DNA of 64,000 nt from Nitrospirae bacterium GWC2_57_13 (GCA_001805055.1 MHDZ01000015.1:1263-65262); one strand, 5' to 3'; positions 24,713 through 34,391 are shown, counted from the stretch's first letter. Numbers and translations: made by a program. Notes: generated from the letters alone by a model not told the origin.

Positions 24713-25552
24713 TCAGCCTCCTTCGTGGTCCTGACGCGCCTTCGCGCGCGATACCGCTCCAAATCTCATCGCCCTTTCGGCGCAAACCTCTATGCACCGC
24801 CCGCAGTTCGTGCATTCACCGGATAGTACGGAGCCGTTATGCTTCCCCACCATGGGCAGGACCTGCGGCTCCGGACAATGCTTGAGGCATTCACCGCAGA
24901 GCGTGCAATGGTCCTTCAGATGACGCACGCGCAGAAACCCATAAGCGCCTGCCAGGGCATAGAACGCGCCGAGGGGACAGAGATGGCCGCAGAAACCCTG
25001 CCGCAGGACGACGAGGTCGAAAAGGAACAGGGCAAGCACCGCGGTCCAGCCCAGTCCCATGCCGAAGATGACCCCCCGGTGAAGCATCGAAATGGGGCTG
25101 ATCCATTCAAAGGCCGCGACGCCCAGGAGCGCCGAAAGCACAAGGCTCAGGCCCAGCACCCAGTAGCGCGCGTTTCGGCTGATCTGGAACCCGCTCAGAG
25201 CGGGGCTGCTGTGATCATCCCCAACAGCGCGCCGCAAACTGCCCGCGAGGTCGGTGACCATATTGACCGGGCAGACCCATCCGCAGAATACCCTTCCGCC
25301 GATGACAGCGAAGAGGACCAGCACAATGCCGCCGCCCAACATTGCCTCGACGGAGACCATAGTGCCTGTCGCGAAGATCTGGAGCAGCGCAAAGGGATCA
25401 GCAAGCGTCACAGCATCAAGCAGCCGGGAAGAACTGAGGTTGCCCCGCAGCACCTTCCATCCCAGCGCGTTGCCTGCGATAAAAAACAGCAGGATCGATA
25501 CCTGGACCAGCCTTCGAAGTACAAGATACCGGTTCGAGAAGAGCCATCCCAT
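24713..25552 (-). CDS. napH: Quinol dehydrogenase membrane subunit NapH
   Basis: Four TM helices. Two CxWxCP motifs (GRVFCGWVCP, GFCGHLCP). Two C-terminal ferredoxin CxxCxxCxxxCP motifs. SD AGGAGGGG. Confidence 0.85.
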   Translation of the reverse strand: MGWLFSNRYLVLRRLVQVSILLFFIAGNALGWKVLRGNLSSSRLLDAVTLADPFALLQIFATGTMVSVEAMLGGGIVLVLFAVIGGRVFCGWVCPVNMVTDLAGSLRRAVGDDHSSPALSGFQISRNARYWVLGLSLVLSALLGVAAFEWISPISMLHRGVIFGMGLGWTAVLALFLFDLVVLRQGFCGHLCPLGAFYALAGAYGFLRVRHLKDHCTLCGECLKHCPEPQVLPMVGKHNGSVLSGECTNCGRCIEVCAERAMRFGAVSRAKARQDHEGG

Positions 25553-25553
25553 G

Positions 25554-26339
25554 TCAGAACCCCTCCTGGTTCAGGTACTCGAGGGGGTCTTTTTTGCTCC
25601 TCGGCGTGGTCGTAGTCACGTCCCCTGCCGCATCCTCGATCCGCTTCTCATCGGCAGCGTCCCAGCCCCGCACATAGTGTTCCGACGGCTCGCCCAGCGC
25701 TAGCTCCCGGGGCAGGACAAAGATCGACGCCTTCCGCGTGACGCAGGCGTGTTCGCAGAGGCCGCATCCTGTGCAGTGTTCGCTGTGCACCACCGGCCCG
25801 AGGATCGCGTGCTTGCCGGTGCGGTCGTTCTTCAGATGCTCCACGGTGATGGCCCGGTCGATGACGGGACAGGCCCGGTAGCAAGCTTCGCACTGGATGC
25901 CCCAATAGGCGATGCAGGTCTCACGGTCGATTACGGCGAGGCCGATCCGCGCCAGGTTAATGTCCAGCCGCTGAATACCGGCATCGTCAGGGCCGCTCAC
26001 CAGAGCGGGGGCGAGGGCTCCCGTGGGGCATTCCGCAGCGCAGGGAATGTCCTGGCACATGCGGCAGGGGTCCTCGCGCATCAGAAAGTACGGCGTCCCC
26101 ACAGGTCTGCCGTCGCCCGGCTTTGCCATGATCAGGGCATCGTAAGGACAGGCTTCCGCGCAGAGACCGCACTTGGTGCATTTCGCAAGGAACCGCGCCT
26201 CCTCGACTGCCCCAGGCGGTCGAAGCACCGTGGGGTAAGCCTTCTTGCCGTCGATGAACCCGGCCCAGACCAGCCCGCCCACTGCTGCCGCACCTGCGCT
26301 GCGCGCCAGGCCAAGCAGGAACGATCTTCGTTCCGTCAA
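25554..26339 (-). CDS. napG: Periplasmic ferredoxin-type subunit NapG (Tat-exported, 4x[4Fe-4S])
   Basis: Twin-arginine signal (M)TERRSFLLGLARSAGAAAVGGLVWAG, then four CxxCxxCxxxCP clusters. The start is probably TTG at 26337-26339, with GTG at 26384 as an alternative. Track ORF 25554..26534 is extended through a GEG repeat and the 25-nt upstream element. Confidence 0.8.
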   Translation of the reverse strand: MTERRSFLLGLARSAGAAAVGGLVWAGFIDGKKAYPTVLRPPGAVEEARFLAKCTKCGLCAEACPYDALIMAKPGDGRPVGTPYFLMREDPCRMCQDIPCAAECPTGALAPALVSGPDDAGIQRLDINLARIGLAVIDRETCIAYWGIQCEACYRACPVIDRAITVEHLKNDRTGKHAILGPVVHSEHCTGCGLCEHACVTRKASIFVLPRELALGEPSEHYVRGWDAADEKRIEDAAGDVTTTTPRSKKDPLEYLNQEGF

Positions 26340-26437
26340 CGCCGGATTCCCGCCTTCGAGGGAATGACGCTTTTCATTCCGCACTCCGAACTCCGCACCA
26401 TGATGTCCCTCACCTTTGTCCTCTCCCGATGATGAAG

Positions 26438-26489
26438 CCCCCTCACCCTTTTTCCCTCTCCCCGAGGGGAGAGGGGCGGGGGTGAGGGG
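26438..26489. repeat. GEG-family palindromic repeat copy
   Basis: ccctcaccc...ccctctcccc-gag-gggagaggggcgggggtgagggg nested inverted repeats in the napA-napG intergenic region. Confidence 0.5.
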
Positions 26490-26506
26490 TTGTCCGCATT
26501 CCGTAT

Positions 26507-29275
26507 TTACGCCTTGTACAATTTCACCGCGCACTTCTTGAAGTCCGTCTCCTTCGAGATCGGACAGGTCGCGTCGAGCGTCACCTTGTTGATGAAGACC
26601 TTTTCGTCGAAAAAGGGCACGAAGAGCATGCCCCGGGGCGGAAGGTTCCTGCCGCGCGTCTCGACCCGCGCCTTCACCTTGCCCCTCCGTGACTCGATCC
26701 AGATAAGTTCGCCGTCCTTCATCTTGTTCTGCGACGCATCCCCGGGATGCATGAAGCAGACGGCTTCAGGCACGGCGCGAAAGAGCTCCGGAACCCGCAT
26801 GGTCATGGTGCCCGTGTGCCAGTGCTCCAGCACCCGTCCGGTGCTGAGCCAGAAGGGATATGCGGCGCTCGGCAGTTCCGGCGGATCGATGTAATGCCGA
26901 AGGAAGATCTTGGCCTTGTTCGGCAGCTTCACCTTGTCCCCTTCCTTCGGCCCCTTGAGGTCTCCCGCGGGGATCTCCTTCATGGCTTCGCCGTAAAAGG
27001 CGAACTTCCCGTGGTTCGCCGCCTTCGCGTAGGGATCGTACTCGGCGTTGAACCGCCAGGACGTTTCCTTGCCGTTGACAACAGGCCACTTGAGCCCGCG
27101 AACTTTGTGGTAGGTGTCGAAGTCCGCAAGGTCATGGGCCTTGCCGAGACCGAACTTACGGTATTCCTCCCAGAGAGACTTCTGGATGAAAAACCCGTAT
27201 CCCTTGAAACCTTCGACATTCCGACCGTCTCCCGCAGCTTCGGAGTTGAGGAACCCCTTGCCCACGGGGTCGGGCCACTTGTATCCTTTCGCCTCCTTGC
27301 CGGCGAAAAGCACGTCGAAGAGCGTGTCCGTCTCCTTGTACCCCATCTCTTTCGCTTTGGCCAGCACATCGGGCAGGACGGTCTTGTCGTCGATCTTCCA
27401 TTCCTTCCATACCTCTTTCAAGGTGAAGCGCTTCGCGAACTCCAGGGTCTGCCACGTATCGGACATGGCGTTCCCGACAGGCGTCACCTGCTGCCGCCAG
27501 TGCTGGGTCCTGCGCTCGGCATTGCCGTAGGCGCCCCACTTCTCGAAGATCATCGCTGCCGGCAGGATCAGGTCAGCCACCTTGGCAGAGATGCTCGGAT
27601 AGGCGTCGGAGACCACGATGAAGTTGTCCATCTCGCGCGCAGCCGTGATCCAGTGCCCGGCATTCGCGGAATTCTGCCAGGGATTGTTCACCTGGACCCA
27701 GACCCACTTGATCTTGCCGTCCTCGAGGTCCCGGAAGATCTGCATATAATGGGAACCCGCCACGGGATTGATCGTGCCCGCGGGAACGTTCCATATCTTC
27801 TCGCTCACCTCGCGGTGCTTGGGGTTCATCACGACCATGTCGGCCGGGAGGCGGTGCGCAAAGGTGCCCACCTCGCGCGCCGTGCCGCAGGCGCTCGGCT
27901 GGCCCGTGAGGCTGAAGGCGCCGTTGCCGGGCTGGGACTGCTTGCCCAGGAGAAGATGTATGGCGTAGATCTGCTCGTTCACCCAGGTGCCGCGCACGTG
28001 CTGGTTGAAGCCCATGGTCCAGAAACTCACGACCTTGCGGTCCTTCTCGGCATACAGATCGGCCAGGGCCTGGAGCTTCTTCTTGAAGTTCTCCAGGGAC
28101 TCGTCGGCGTCGCCCTTCGCCAGCGGCGCCGTGAAATCGAGCGTGTAGGGCTCGAGGCCTTTCTTGAAGTCCTCGAAGCTGATCGCCCAGTGGCTGCCCG
28201 CCTTTCCCGCGTTCTTCATCTCCATGCGATCGCCTTCCTTGTAGCCAAGGGACCCCATGGCAGTGGCCTCGTCCTTCGTAAGCACCTTGAACGCCTCTGT
28301 GGCCGCAGTATCCAGCTCGGCCTTCAGGTATTTCGGATGGTCGACTGCTGTCCGGAGACCGTATCCGATGTCCACGGGCCCCGTTGCGAAGATGCAGTTC
28401 TGGTCCACGAACTCCCGGTCCATCACGCCGGAACGGGTGGCCATTTCGCGGAGCAGATAGTTCTGGATAGCCAGGTCGGCGTTGGGCTTGATAACGATCT
28501 CGATATCGGCAAGGTTCGAACAGCGATTGGTAAAGGTCGTGACGTTCACGATCTTCACACGCTTGGGGTCGGAGAGCTTACGGTTCGTGATCTTGGACCA
28601 GAGCACCGGGTGCATCTCGGCCATGTTCGCTCCCCAGAGCACTACCGTGTCGGTATGGTGCATATCATCGTAGTTGCCTGCCGGCTCGTCGATGCCGAAG
28701 ACCTGCATGAAGCCCGCCACGGCGCTCGCCATGCAGTGGCGCGCGTTGGGGTCGATATTGTTGCTCCGGAAGCCGGCCTTCGTGAGCTTTACCGCCGCGT
28801 AGCCTTCCATGATGGTGTACTGGCCCGAGCCGAACACGGCAACGCCCCTGGGGCCTAGATCAGAGTAGTGTTTCTTGAACTGCTTCGCCATCTCGTCGAA
28901 GGCCTTTTTCCACGAGACAGGCCTGAACTTCCCCTTCTTATCGAATTGGCCCTTGGCGTTCACGCGCATGAGCGGCTCGGTCAGCCGGTCGGCGCCGTAG
29001 ATGATCTTGGCGTTAAAGTAGCCCTTGATGCAGTTCAGGCCCATGTTCACCGGCGCGATCGGGTCGCCTTTGACGGCCACGATGCGGTCCCCCTTGACAG
29101 CGATCATGATGCCGCAGCCGGTGCCGCAGAAACGGCAGACCGACTTGTCCCACCGCCACCCCGCCTCGGTCTGCTTTGCCGCGGCAAGGAGCTCTTCGGA
29201 CACGGCCAGGCCTGCGGCCGTCGCCGCAGCCACGGCAGCGGCTGTTTTGATGAATTCACGCCTTGAGAGTGACAT
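26507..29275 (-). CDS. napA: Periplasmic nitrate reductase catalytic subunit NapA (molybdopterin, Tat-exported)
   Basis: Twin-arginine signal [27 protein letters not shown]-terminal [4Fe-4S] motif CRFCGTGC. 922-aa molybdopterin oxidoreductase. SD AGGAGG with a 5-nt spacer. Confidence 0.95.
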   Translation of the reverse strand: MSLSRREFIKTAAAVAAATAAGLAVSEELLAAAKQTEAGWRWDKSVCRFCGTGCGIMIAVKGDRIVAVKGDPIAPVNMGLNCIKGYFNAKIIYGADRLTEPLMRVNAKGQFDKKGKFRPVSWKKAFDEMAKQFKKHYSDLGPRGVAVFGSGQYTIMEGYAAVKLTKAGFRSNNIDPNARHCMASAVAGFMQVFGIDEPAGNYDDMHHTDTVVLWGANMAEMHPVLWSKITNRKLSDPKRVKIVNVTTFTNRCSNLADIEIVIKPNADLAIQNYLLREMATRSGVMDREFVDQNCIFATGPVDIGYGLRTAVDHPKYLKAELDTAATEAFKVLTKDEATAMGSLGYKEGDRMEMKNAGKAGSHWAISFEDFKKGLEPYTLDFTAPLAKGDADESLENFKKKLQALADLYAEKDRKVVSFWTMGFNQHVRGTWVNEQIYAIHLLLGKQSQPGNGAFSLTGQPSACGTAREVGTFAHRLPADMVVMNPKHREVSEKIWNVPAGTINPVAGSHYMQIFRDLEDGKIKWVWVQVNNPWQNSANAGHWITAAREMDNFIVVSDAYPSISAKVADLILPAAMIFEKWGAYGNAERRTQHWRQQVTPVGNAMSDTWQTLEFAKRFTLKEVWKEWKIDDKTVLPDVLAKAKEMGYKETDTLFDVLFAGKEAKGYKWPDPVGKGFLNSEAAGDGRNVEGFKGYGFFIQKSLWEEYRKFGLGKAHDLADFDTYHKVRGLKWPVVNGKETSWRFNAEYDPYAKAANHGKFAFYGEAMKEIPAGDLKGPKEGDKVKLPNKAKIFLRHYIDPPELPSAAYPFWLSTGRVLEHWHTGTMTMRVPELFRAVPEAVCFMHPGDASQNKMKDGELIWIESRRGKVKARVETRGRNLPPRGMLFVPFFDEKVFINKVTLDATCPISKETDFKKCAVKLYKA

Positions 29276-29531
29276 GGAGGCCTCCTGTCGATGAATGCCT
29301 TATGTACCCGGCGCCGGGGCAACCGGTGTTCCTGAACCGAAGGTGGAAATACACCTGTTTTGTCATGAGGATCGAGGGAACTGGGAACTGATTGAGAAAC
29401 GCTTGTGCGCTTTTTTGAACGGGGATAAGCGATGTTCCGATGGTCCTGCATGGGGCCGGCAGCAGCAGGACCACTTGTTGAAAAGTCTATCTGGAAACAG
29501 GGCCTGTGTCAAGGCCCCGGAGCGCGGGATA

Positions 29532-30545
29532 TTATTGCACCGGTTTTATGTTCACATTGGTGCTCACGAGCTTCCACCCGGCGCCCTCATCGATGAAGGA
29601 CAGCTCGAACAAGACCCTCGAAGGGCGTGTGGGATAGTGTCCTTTGAGTGAAAGTACGCCTTCTTTCGAAAGGGAAGGCTTCTCATCAAAGACGGGCGTT
29701 AATTTTTCAACGACGGGCACCAGGTTGACATTGTTGTCCATGAAGGCCTTGAAGGCACTGTTAAAATACTCCACCGTGGCCTCGTTCTTCCACAGCAGGG
29801 AAACATGGCCGTGGAACTCGGTAAAATCGCTGGCATTCACGGAACGTGAAAAGCGCAGGAGGTTGTTCTTGACAAGAGCGGCCAGTTCATCCTTCCCTGG
29901 CACGCGGCCCGCCGCTTTCGCCCTCCTGGCCTGCGCAGCCGAAGTATATTTTATGATGCTCCGCGTGATCTGCTCGTGGGCCTTTCTCACATGCTCCAGC
30001 CCCGCCTTGTTCGAGCCGCCCACCACGATGATGCTCATGCCTGCCGTGAAGGGGATCTCGGTCTGGATGACCGATGTGGCCAGTGTTGGCACTTCATACT
30101 CGTAGGCAACGTACGTGATGCCCTGAAGTTCCGCGATGCCGCAGCTCTTCATCTTCACGGGGCCGCCAAAGAGCCTTGCAGCCTCGTCAGGCAGGGAAGC
30201 ACACGCATCCTGTGCGGCCTTCGCCGTGGGCTGCTGACCGCCCTCCATGAGCTGCACGCTGATGTTATTATTGAAATCCTTCGTGGAGTATTTCCGGTCG
30301 AAATAGAACTCCACCTTGCCCGTCTTGACCCGTTCGAGCACGGCCTTCATGTTCTCCTGATCGCCGTACTCCAGGCCCAGGCTCTTGAGCGTCTCTGTCC
30401 CGAACTTCCCGGCCGCCTCTTTTGAGGTCAACACAAGCCAGTCCTTCGACAGCTCAAAGGGGAACCCAAAGGTGCTTTGATATTCCGCAGCCGGCCCGGG
30501 AGCAGGCATGACCAAGAGCAGAAGGGTAAGAACGTATTTCCTCAT
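29532..30545 (-). CDS. Hypothetical periplasmic protein
   Basis: Start MRKYVLTLLLLVMPAPGPAAE is a signal peptide. SD GGAGG. 337 aa with no recognisable domain. ORF 29532..30626 trimmed. Confidence 0.6.
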   Translation of the reverse strand: MRKYVLTLLLLVMPAPGPAAEYQSTFGFPFELSKDWLVLTSKEAAGKFGTETLKSLGLEYGDQENMKAVLERVKTGKVEFYFDRKYSTKDFNNNISVQLMEGGQQPTAKAAQDACASLPDEAARLFGGPVKMKSCGIAELQGITYVAYEYEVPTLATSVIQTEIPFTAGMSIIVVGGSNKAGLEHVRKAHEQITRSIIKYTSAAQARRAKAAGRVPGKDELAALVKNNLLRFSRSVNASDFTEFHGHVSLLWKNEATVEYFNSAFKAFMDNNVNLVPVVEKLTPVFDEKPSLSKEGVLSLKGHYPTRPSRVLFELSFIDEGAGWKLVSTNVNIKPVQ

Positions 30546-30715
30546 GAGGCCTCCGATGGGGCTGCTAAACGATGAAGCGTACGGCCAAAACACGGGGCTG
30601 CTGGTCATGACGGCGCCGGCAACCACGTCTTCCCTTTAGCGAATAATGCCATTATCCTTCAGAAGTGATGTACAGTCAAGGCACTATTCACCACGCTGCC
30701 GTCTTTCTGCCATAA

Positions 30716-31453
30716 TCAGGATGAATATCCACGAGCCCTTTTTATTGTCTTCAGTCCATAGGGACACACAGCAGAGCAGATCCCGCAGACGCGCCCCTGC
30801 TGATACTGCAGGTAATGCTCTTTTTTCCATTGGTCGCACGCTTCGGGGTCCAGCATCTCTTCACGCTCCAGTCCCGGCGACCATGCACTCCCCTTCAGTG
30901 CCCCGGCAGGACAGGCTTCGACACAGATCATGCAGGTCCCACAGAACGCGCGCTCCAATGGAGGACCGCAAGGCAGATCCATGTCAATGAACACGGTCCC
31001 GAGACGGACCCAGGGGCCGAAGGATCGCGTGATGAGCTGACAGTGCCGCCCGATCCATCCCAGCCCCGCGCGGGTGGCCGCGGTCTTGTGCGGGAAGTCA
31101 CCTCTGAGATTGATCTGATCGGTCCGCACCGATGCTGCCAAAGCCAGTGATCGATGTCCGCGCTTCCTGATCTCCGCTGCCAGTAATGACGACACCTCAT
31201 TGATGCGTTCGTTCATCCGGGCATAGGCATTTCCATAGTCTTCAGTGGGTCCTGACCGGATATCGGCCATGATGTGCGGGTCCATGGGGAAGACCATCGA
31301 TACGGCGAAGGGGAACCCTTTTCCTGATTTGTCCACGGGCGTTGCGAACTTCCGCAGGTCTGCGGCGCCCCAGAGGGGGACGCTCTGCGCCGTCATCCAA
31401 GAGGAAAGCCAGGAAGGAAATAAAGTCTTGTTTTCGGTTGTCATAGAATGCAT
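30716..31453 (-). CDS. QueG-like 4Fe-4S protein (epoxyqueuosine-reductase family, short form)
   Basis: RAGLGWIGRHCQLITRSFGPWVRLGTVFIDMDL resembles the QueG core. Two ferredoxin motifs, CGTCMICVEACP and CGICSAVCP. Start uncertain: ATG 31453 chosen over 31483, which lacks an SD. Confidence 0.5.
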   Translation of the reverse strand: MHSMTTENKTLFPSWLSSWMTAQSVPLWGAADLRKFATPVDKSGKGFPFAVSMVFPMDPHIMADIRSGPTEDYGNAYARMNERINEVSSLLAAEIRKRGHRSLALAASVRTDQINLRGDFPHKTAATRAGLGWIGRHCQLITRSFGPWVRLGTVFIDMDLPCGPPLERAFCGTCMICVEACPAGALKGSAWSPGLEREEMLDPEACDQWKKEHYLQYQQGRVCGICSAVCPYGLKTIKRARGYSS

Positions 31454-31605
31454 AGTTGTCACAACTCCACCCTGCAAGTACATCCAGTCAGCTTTTCTCT
31501 ACTGTAGCAAATTGTGCCGGCTGCTGCAAAAGAATTTGTCAAGCCCTTCGTGCAATGAATTCCCGTTGCAATCGTTGACTTGGCATTATATAATCTTTCT
31601 GTTCC

Positions 31606-31640
31606 GAAAAAGGACAATAATAACTTTTGCCACAGAGAAC
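31606..31640 (+). promoter_or_regulatory. Candidate sigma70 promoter (TTGCAA-17 bp-TATAAT) for the PurH-like gene
   Basis: ccgTTGCAAtcgttgacttggcattaTATAATc lies about 115 bp upstream of the ATG at 31752. A structured leader follows. Confidence 0.35.
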
Positions 31641-31751
31641 ACAGAGATCACCGAGGAAGGCAAGATTTTGTCGTTTATTTATTAGGCCACGCGCTCCTCT
31701 GTGTCCTCGGAGACCTCTGTGGCATAACGCATTTTCAATCAGGAGGCTTCC

Positions 31752-33044
31752 ATGTCCGATATCAAGAAGATGTACAAGACCATCATGTCCGACAATTTCC
31801 CGCCCGAGATGACCATCACCTTCGGCGACCAGAAGCTTGTTTATAAAAAGCAGGCCTGGAAGCTGCCGGATGAAGGCACCGGCGAGGTGATCGAGAAGGG
31901 CCTTCGGTACGGCGAGAACCCGGACCAGCAGGCGGCCATGTACCAGCTCGCAGGCGGCAATCTGGAGCTTGCGGGTGTTAAGTTCATCAACCCCGGGTAC
32001 GGGCTCGTAACAAGTATCACAGAAGAGCAGATGCTCCAGGCAGGCAAACACCCGGGCAAGACGAACTTCACGGACCTGGACAATGCCCTGAACATCCTGA
32101 AATACCTGATGGACCGCCCTGCGGCAGCAATCATGAAGCACAACAACCCCTGCGGCGTGGCTTACGGCAGGACCATTGCCGAGGCCTATGACCGGGCGAA
32201 CATGGCGGACCGCATTGCCGCTTTCGGCGGATGCCTGGCCGTGAACCGGCCCATCGACAAGGAAACAGCAGAGATGGCGAATGCCAACTACCTGGAGGTC
32301 GTTGCCGCTCCGGACTACGAGGCAGGCGCCGTGGACATCTTGAAGAAGCGGAAGAACCTTAGAATCATCAAGCTCGAAAAGATCGCGGAACTGGCGAAAT
32401 ACCGCGACATGAGCTTCGTGGAGTTCAAGGCCCTGATCGACGGCGGCATCATCGTCCAGCAGTCGCAGAAGAACAAGATCAGAACAGCAAAGGATTTCCT
32501 GCCTGCAAAGACAACATACAAAGGCAAAGAATACGCCGTCGAGCGGCAGCCCACGGACAAGGAACTGGATGATATGCTTTTCGGCTGGAGCGTGGAACAG
32601 GGCATCACGTCCAACTCGGTGATCTACGTGAAGGACGGCACGACCGTTGGCATCGGTACGGGCGAACAGGATCGCGTCGGCGTGGCCGAGATCGCCATCT
32701 ATAAGGCCTATACCAAGCATGCCGACAGACTGTGTTTCAAGAAGCACGGCATCCCCTACAAGCAGTTCGAGCTGGAGGCGTCGCAAGGCAAGCGGGACAA
32801 GGCGGCGCTCAAAGAGATCGACAACCAGACAAAGAGGGACAAGGGCGGACTGATCGGCTCCGTCATGGTTTCTGACGCTTTCTTCCCCTTCCGCGACGGC
32901 GTGGATGTGGGAATAAAGGAAGGCATCTCGGCCATCGTGCAGCCTGGCGGGTCGGACCGGGACTTCGACATCATCACGGCCTGCAACGAGTCGAGCCCCA
33001 AGGTCACGATGGTCTTCACAGGCCAGCGGGTATTCAAACACTAA
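31752..33044 (+). CDS. PurH-like AICAR transformylase-domain protein (AICARFT/IMPCHase bienzyme family, formyltransferase domain only, no MGS-like cyclohydrolase domain)
   Basis: Signature KHNNPCGVA, also GGCLAVN, GIGTGEQDRV and the C-terminal SDAFFPFRDG...QPGGSDRD. SD AGGAGG with a 5-nt spacer. Confidence 0.8.
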   Translation: MSDIKKMYKTIMSDNFPPEMTITFGDQKLVYKKQAWKLPDEGTGEVIEKGLRYGENPDQQAAMYQLAGGNLELAGVKFINPGYGLVTSITEEQMLQAGKHPGKTNFTDLDNALNILKYLMDRPAAAIMKHNNPCGVAYGRTIAEAYDRANMADRIAAFGGCLAVNRPIDKETAEMANANYLEVVAAPDYEAGAVDILKKRKNLRIIKLEKIAELAKYRDMSFVEFKALIDGGIIVQQSQKNKIRTAKDFLPAKTTYKGKEYAVERQPTDKELDDMLFGWSVEQGITSNSVIYVKDGTTVGIGTGEQDRVGVAEIAIYKAYTKHADRLCFKKHGIPYKQFELEASQGKRDKAALKEIDNQTKRDKGGLIGSVMVSDAFFPFRDGVDVGIKEGISAIVQPGGSDRDFDIITACNESSPKVTMVFTGQRVFKH

Positions 33045-33114
33045 AGCATTGAACCGCAATGGACGCATCGGTTTACCTTTGTACCCTGATCGTCTTCGCG
33101 GTTCATCCTTTGAG

Positions 33115-34164
33115 TCACTTCAGCTTTTCCATATCAACCCTGTCAAACACCCGTGGAAACATCTTTTTCGCGCAGTCGGGGCACATGCCGTGAGTGAACT
33201 TCACGTCCGAGTGCCTGCTGATGTAGGTCTCCACCTGGTTCCAGTACCCCGAATCGTCCCGGATCTTCTTGCAACCCGCGCAGATGGGCAGCAGCCCGGC
33301 CAGGACCTTCACCCGGTCGATGTATTCCCGTAGCATGTCCCGCTCCTCGCGCAGCGCTTCCTCGCTCAGCTTCAGCTTCCGGAACAGGATATTGTAAGGC
33401 TTCACGACTCCCGTGTGGATGATGGCGCGGTATACGAAGTAGAAGGCCGCGATCTTGAACAAATGCCCGAACATGTTCGAAAGGCCGTAGAGGCTGATAT
33501 AAAAGGTAAAGAGCAGTTCCGAAGCAATGGTCAGGACGATGGAAACCATCAATAATTTGAGCACCGAAGGATCGAAGTCCGCACGCTTCCGGTAGAGATA
33601 GGCAAGAGACCCGGCCAGGAGCGCAGAGATGATGTATTCGCAGGTTTTCTTGAATCCCGTAAGGCCCTCTCCCTCAACGAAGCACGCGGGGAACAGGTCC
33701 CAGGCGAAGATGGAGGCCATGGCAACCGTTGTGAGGATCGCGTAGGCCGCGAACATGATCCCGGTCCTGAGGCGGCGCTTCACGAAGGCTGGAGCGATCA
33801 GGAGGGATACAGCCTGGAGCGCCCGCGCCGTGATCCAGAGCTGCGTCGGCAAATTGGCATCATAGCCGGGGAATACGCCCATGCCGGTGTAGGACAGGGT
33901 ATGCACCACGTCGATGACCCCGACGAAGAAATAGGCAATGCCGAGAAAAACAAGGTAGCTGCTATCCAGGAAGTCGCGGGCATTCCAAATGAGCATGAAA
34001 ATGCCGAAGGCGACAACAGCACTGAAGATCTCGGCGATGGAATGGAAGAGCAGAAAACTATAAAGACTTGTGAGATACAGGAGGCCTAGCCCGACGAGGC
34101 AGCTGCCCGGAAAAAGGATCCTCCGCGGAACTTCGCTCTCTTTCACGACTGGTTCATTCGTCAA
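33115..34164 (-). CDS. Polytopic membrane sensor-like protein (MASE3-like 6-7 TM region) ending in a Cys/His-rich C-terminal module
   Basis: TTG start with SD AAAGGGG. Multiple TM helices. C-terminal LPICAGCKKIRDDSGYWNQVETYISRHSDVKFTHGMCPDCAKKMFP is shared with the 36297..36746 protein. Confidence 0.65.
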   Translation of the reverse strand: MTNEPVVKESEVPRRILFPGSCLVGLGLLYLTSLYSFLLFHSIAEIFSAVVAFGIFMLIWNARDFLDSSYLVFLGIAYFFVGVIDVVHTLSYTGMGVFPGYDANLPTQLWITARALQAVSLLIAPAFVKRRLRTGIMFAAYAILTTVAMASIFAWDLFPACFVEGEGLTGFKKTCEYIISALLAGSLAYLYRKRADFDPSVLKLLMVSIVLTIASELLFTFYISLYGLSNMFGHLFKIAAFYFVYRAIIHTGVVKPYNILFRKLKLSEEALREERDMLREYIDRVKVLAGLLPICAGCKKIRDDSGYWNQVETYISRHSDVKFTHGMCPDCAKKMFPRVFDRVDMEKLK

Positions 34165-34224
34165 TCACTGCCCCTTTCCGTAACGCGGCCCTTGGCCGCA
34201 ATTGAAAACTGAAAATTGGAAATA

Positions 34225-34241
34225 TCAAATTGCAAATTTGA
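34225..34241. promoter_or_regulatory. Perfect palindrome TCAAATT-GCA-AATTTGA, 60-75 bp upstream of the membrane-sensor gene
   Basis: Lies in an AT-rich tract (gaaaactgaaaattggaaata...) and is a candidate operator. Confidence 0.3.
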
Positions 34242-34391
34242 TGCATTGCCGTAGGCCATTCCGTTCGCGTTATATACTTTTGCTCGCGCGTCAAATCTTA
34301 AAAAGAAATAGTATGCCGCGCAGACGATGCGGCTCGAACAATGGGAAACGCATAAGCCTTGCAGCTTCGTGCCCTTCGTGAACTTCGGAAA

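Noticed and set aside
24839-25615. 258-aa plus-strand ORF
   Set aside because: It is antisense to napH, a shadow ORF.
25554-26534. Long N-terminal extensions of track ORFs (for example napG N-terminus MRGEIVQG...PLPSGRGKKGEG...AEFGVRNE; also 36297..36827, 45133..45897, 3537..4529, 4390..5067, 8501..9166, 51959..52825)
   Set aside because: The extensions are translated repeat elements or read-through in the absence of stops in GC-rich DNA. They lack SDs and carry signal peptides in the wrong place. Starts were moved to internal ATG, TTG or GTG codons with SD and signal-peptide support.
26747-28858. 703-aa plus-strand ORF
   Set aside because: It is antisense to napA. His/Arg/Leu/Val-rich shadow ORF with no motifs.
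31640-31740. ZTP (pfl) riboswitch upstream of the purH-like gene
   Set aside because: The hallmark conserved nucleotides of the ZTP aptamer (GGGUCGUGAC...CCGGGC...CCGCCUGGGCA-type blocks) are not present. It is kept only as a generic structured leader in the findings.
31539-33068. 509-aa minus-strand ORF
   Set aside because: It lies exactly antisense to the well-supported PurH-like gene (31752-33044), with Arg/Leu/Ala-rich composition typical of shadow ORFs in high-GC DNA. No SD or domain.
34211-34232. Possible sigma54 promoter (TGGAAA...TTGCA)
   Set aside because: GG-to-GC spacing is 13-14 nt rather than the required 10-11. Interpreted instead as part of an AT-rich operator or palindrome region.
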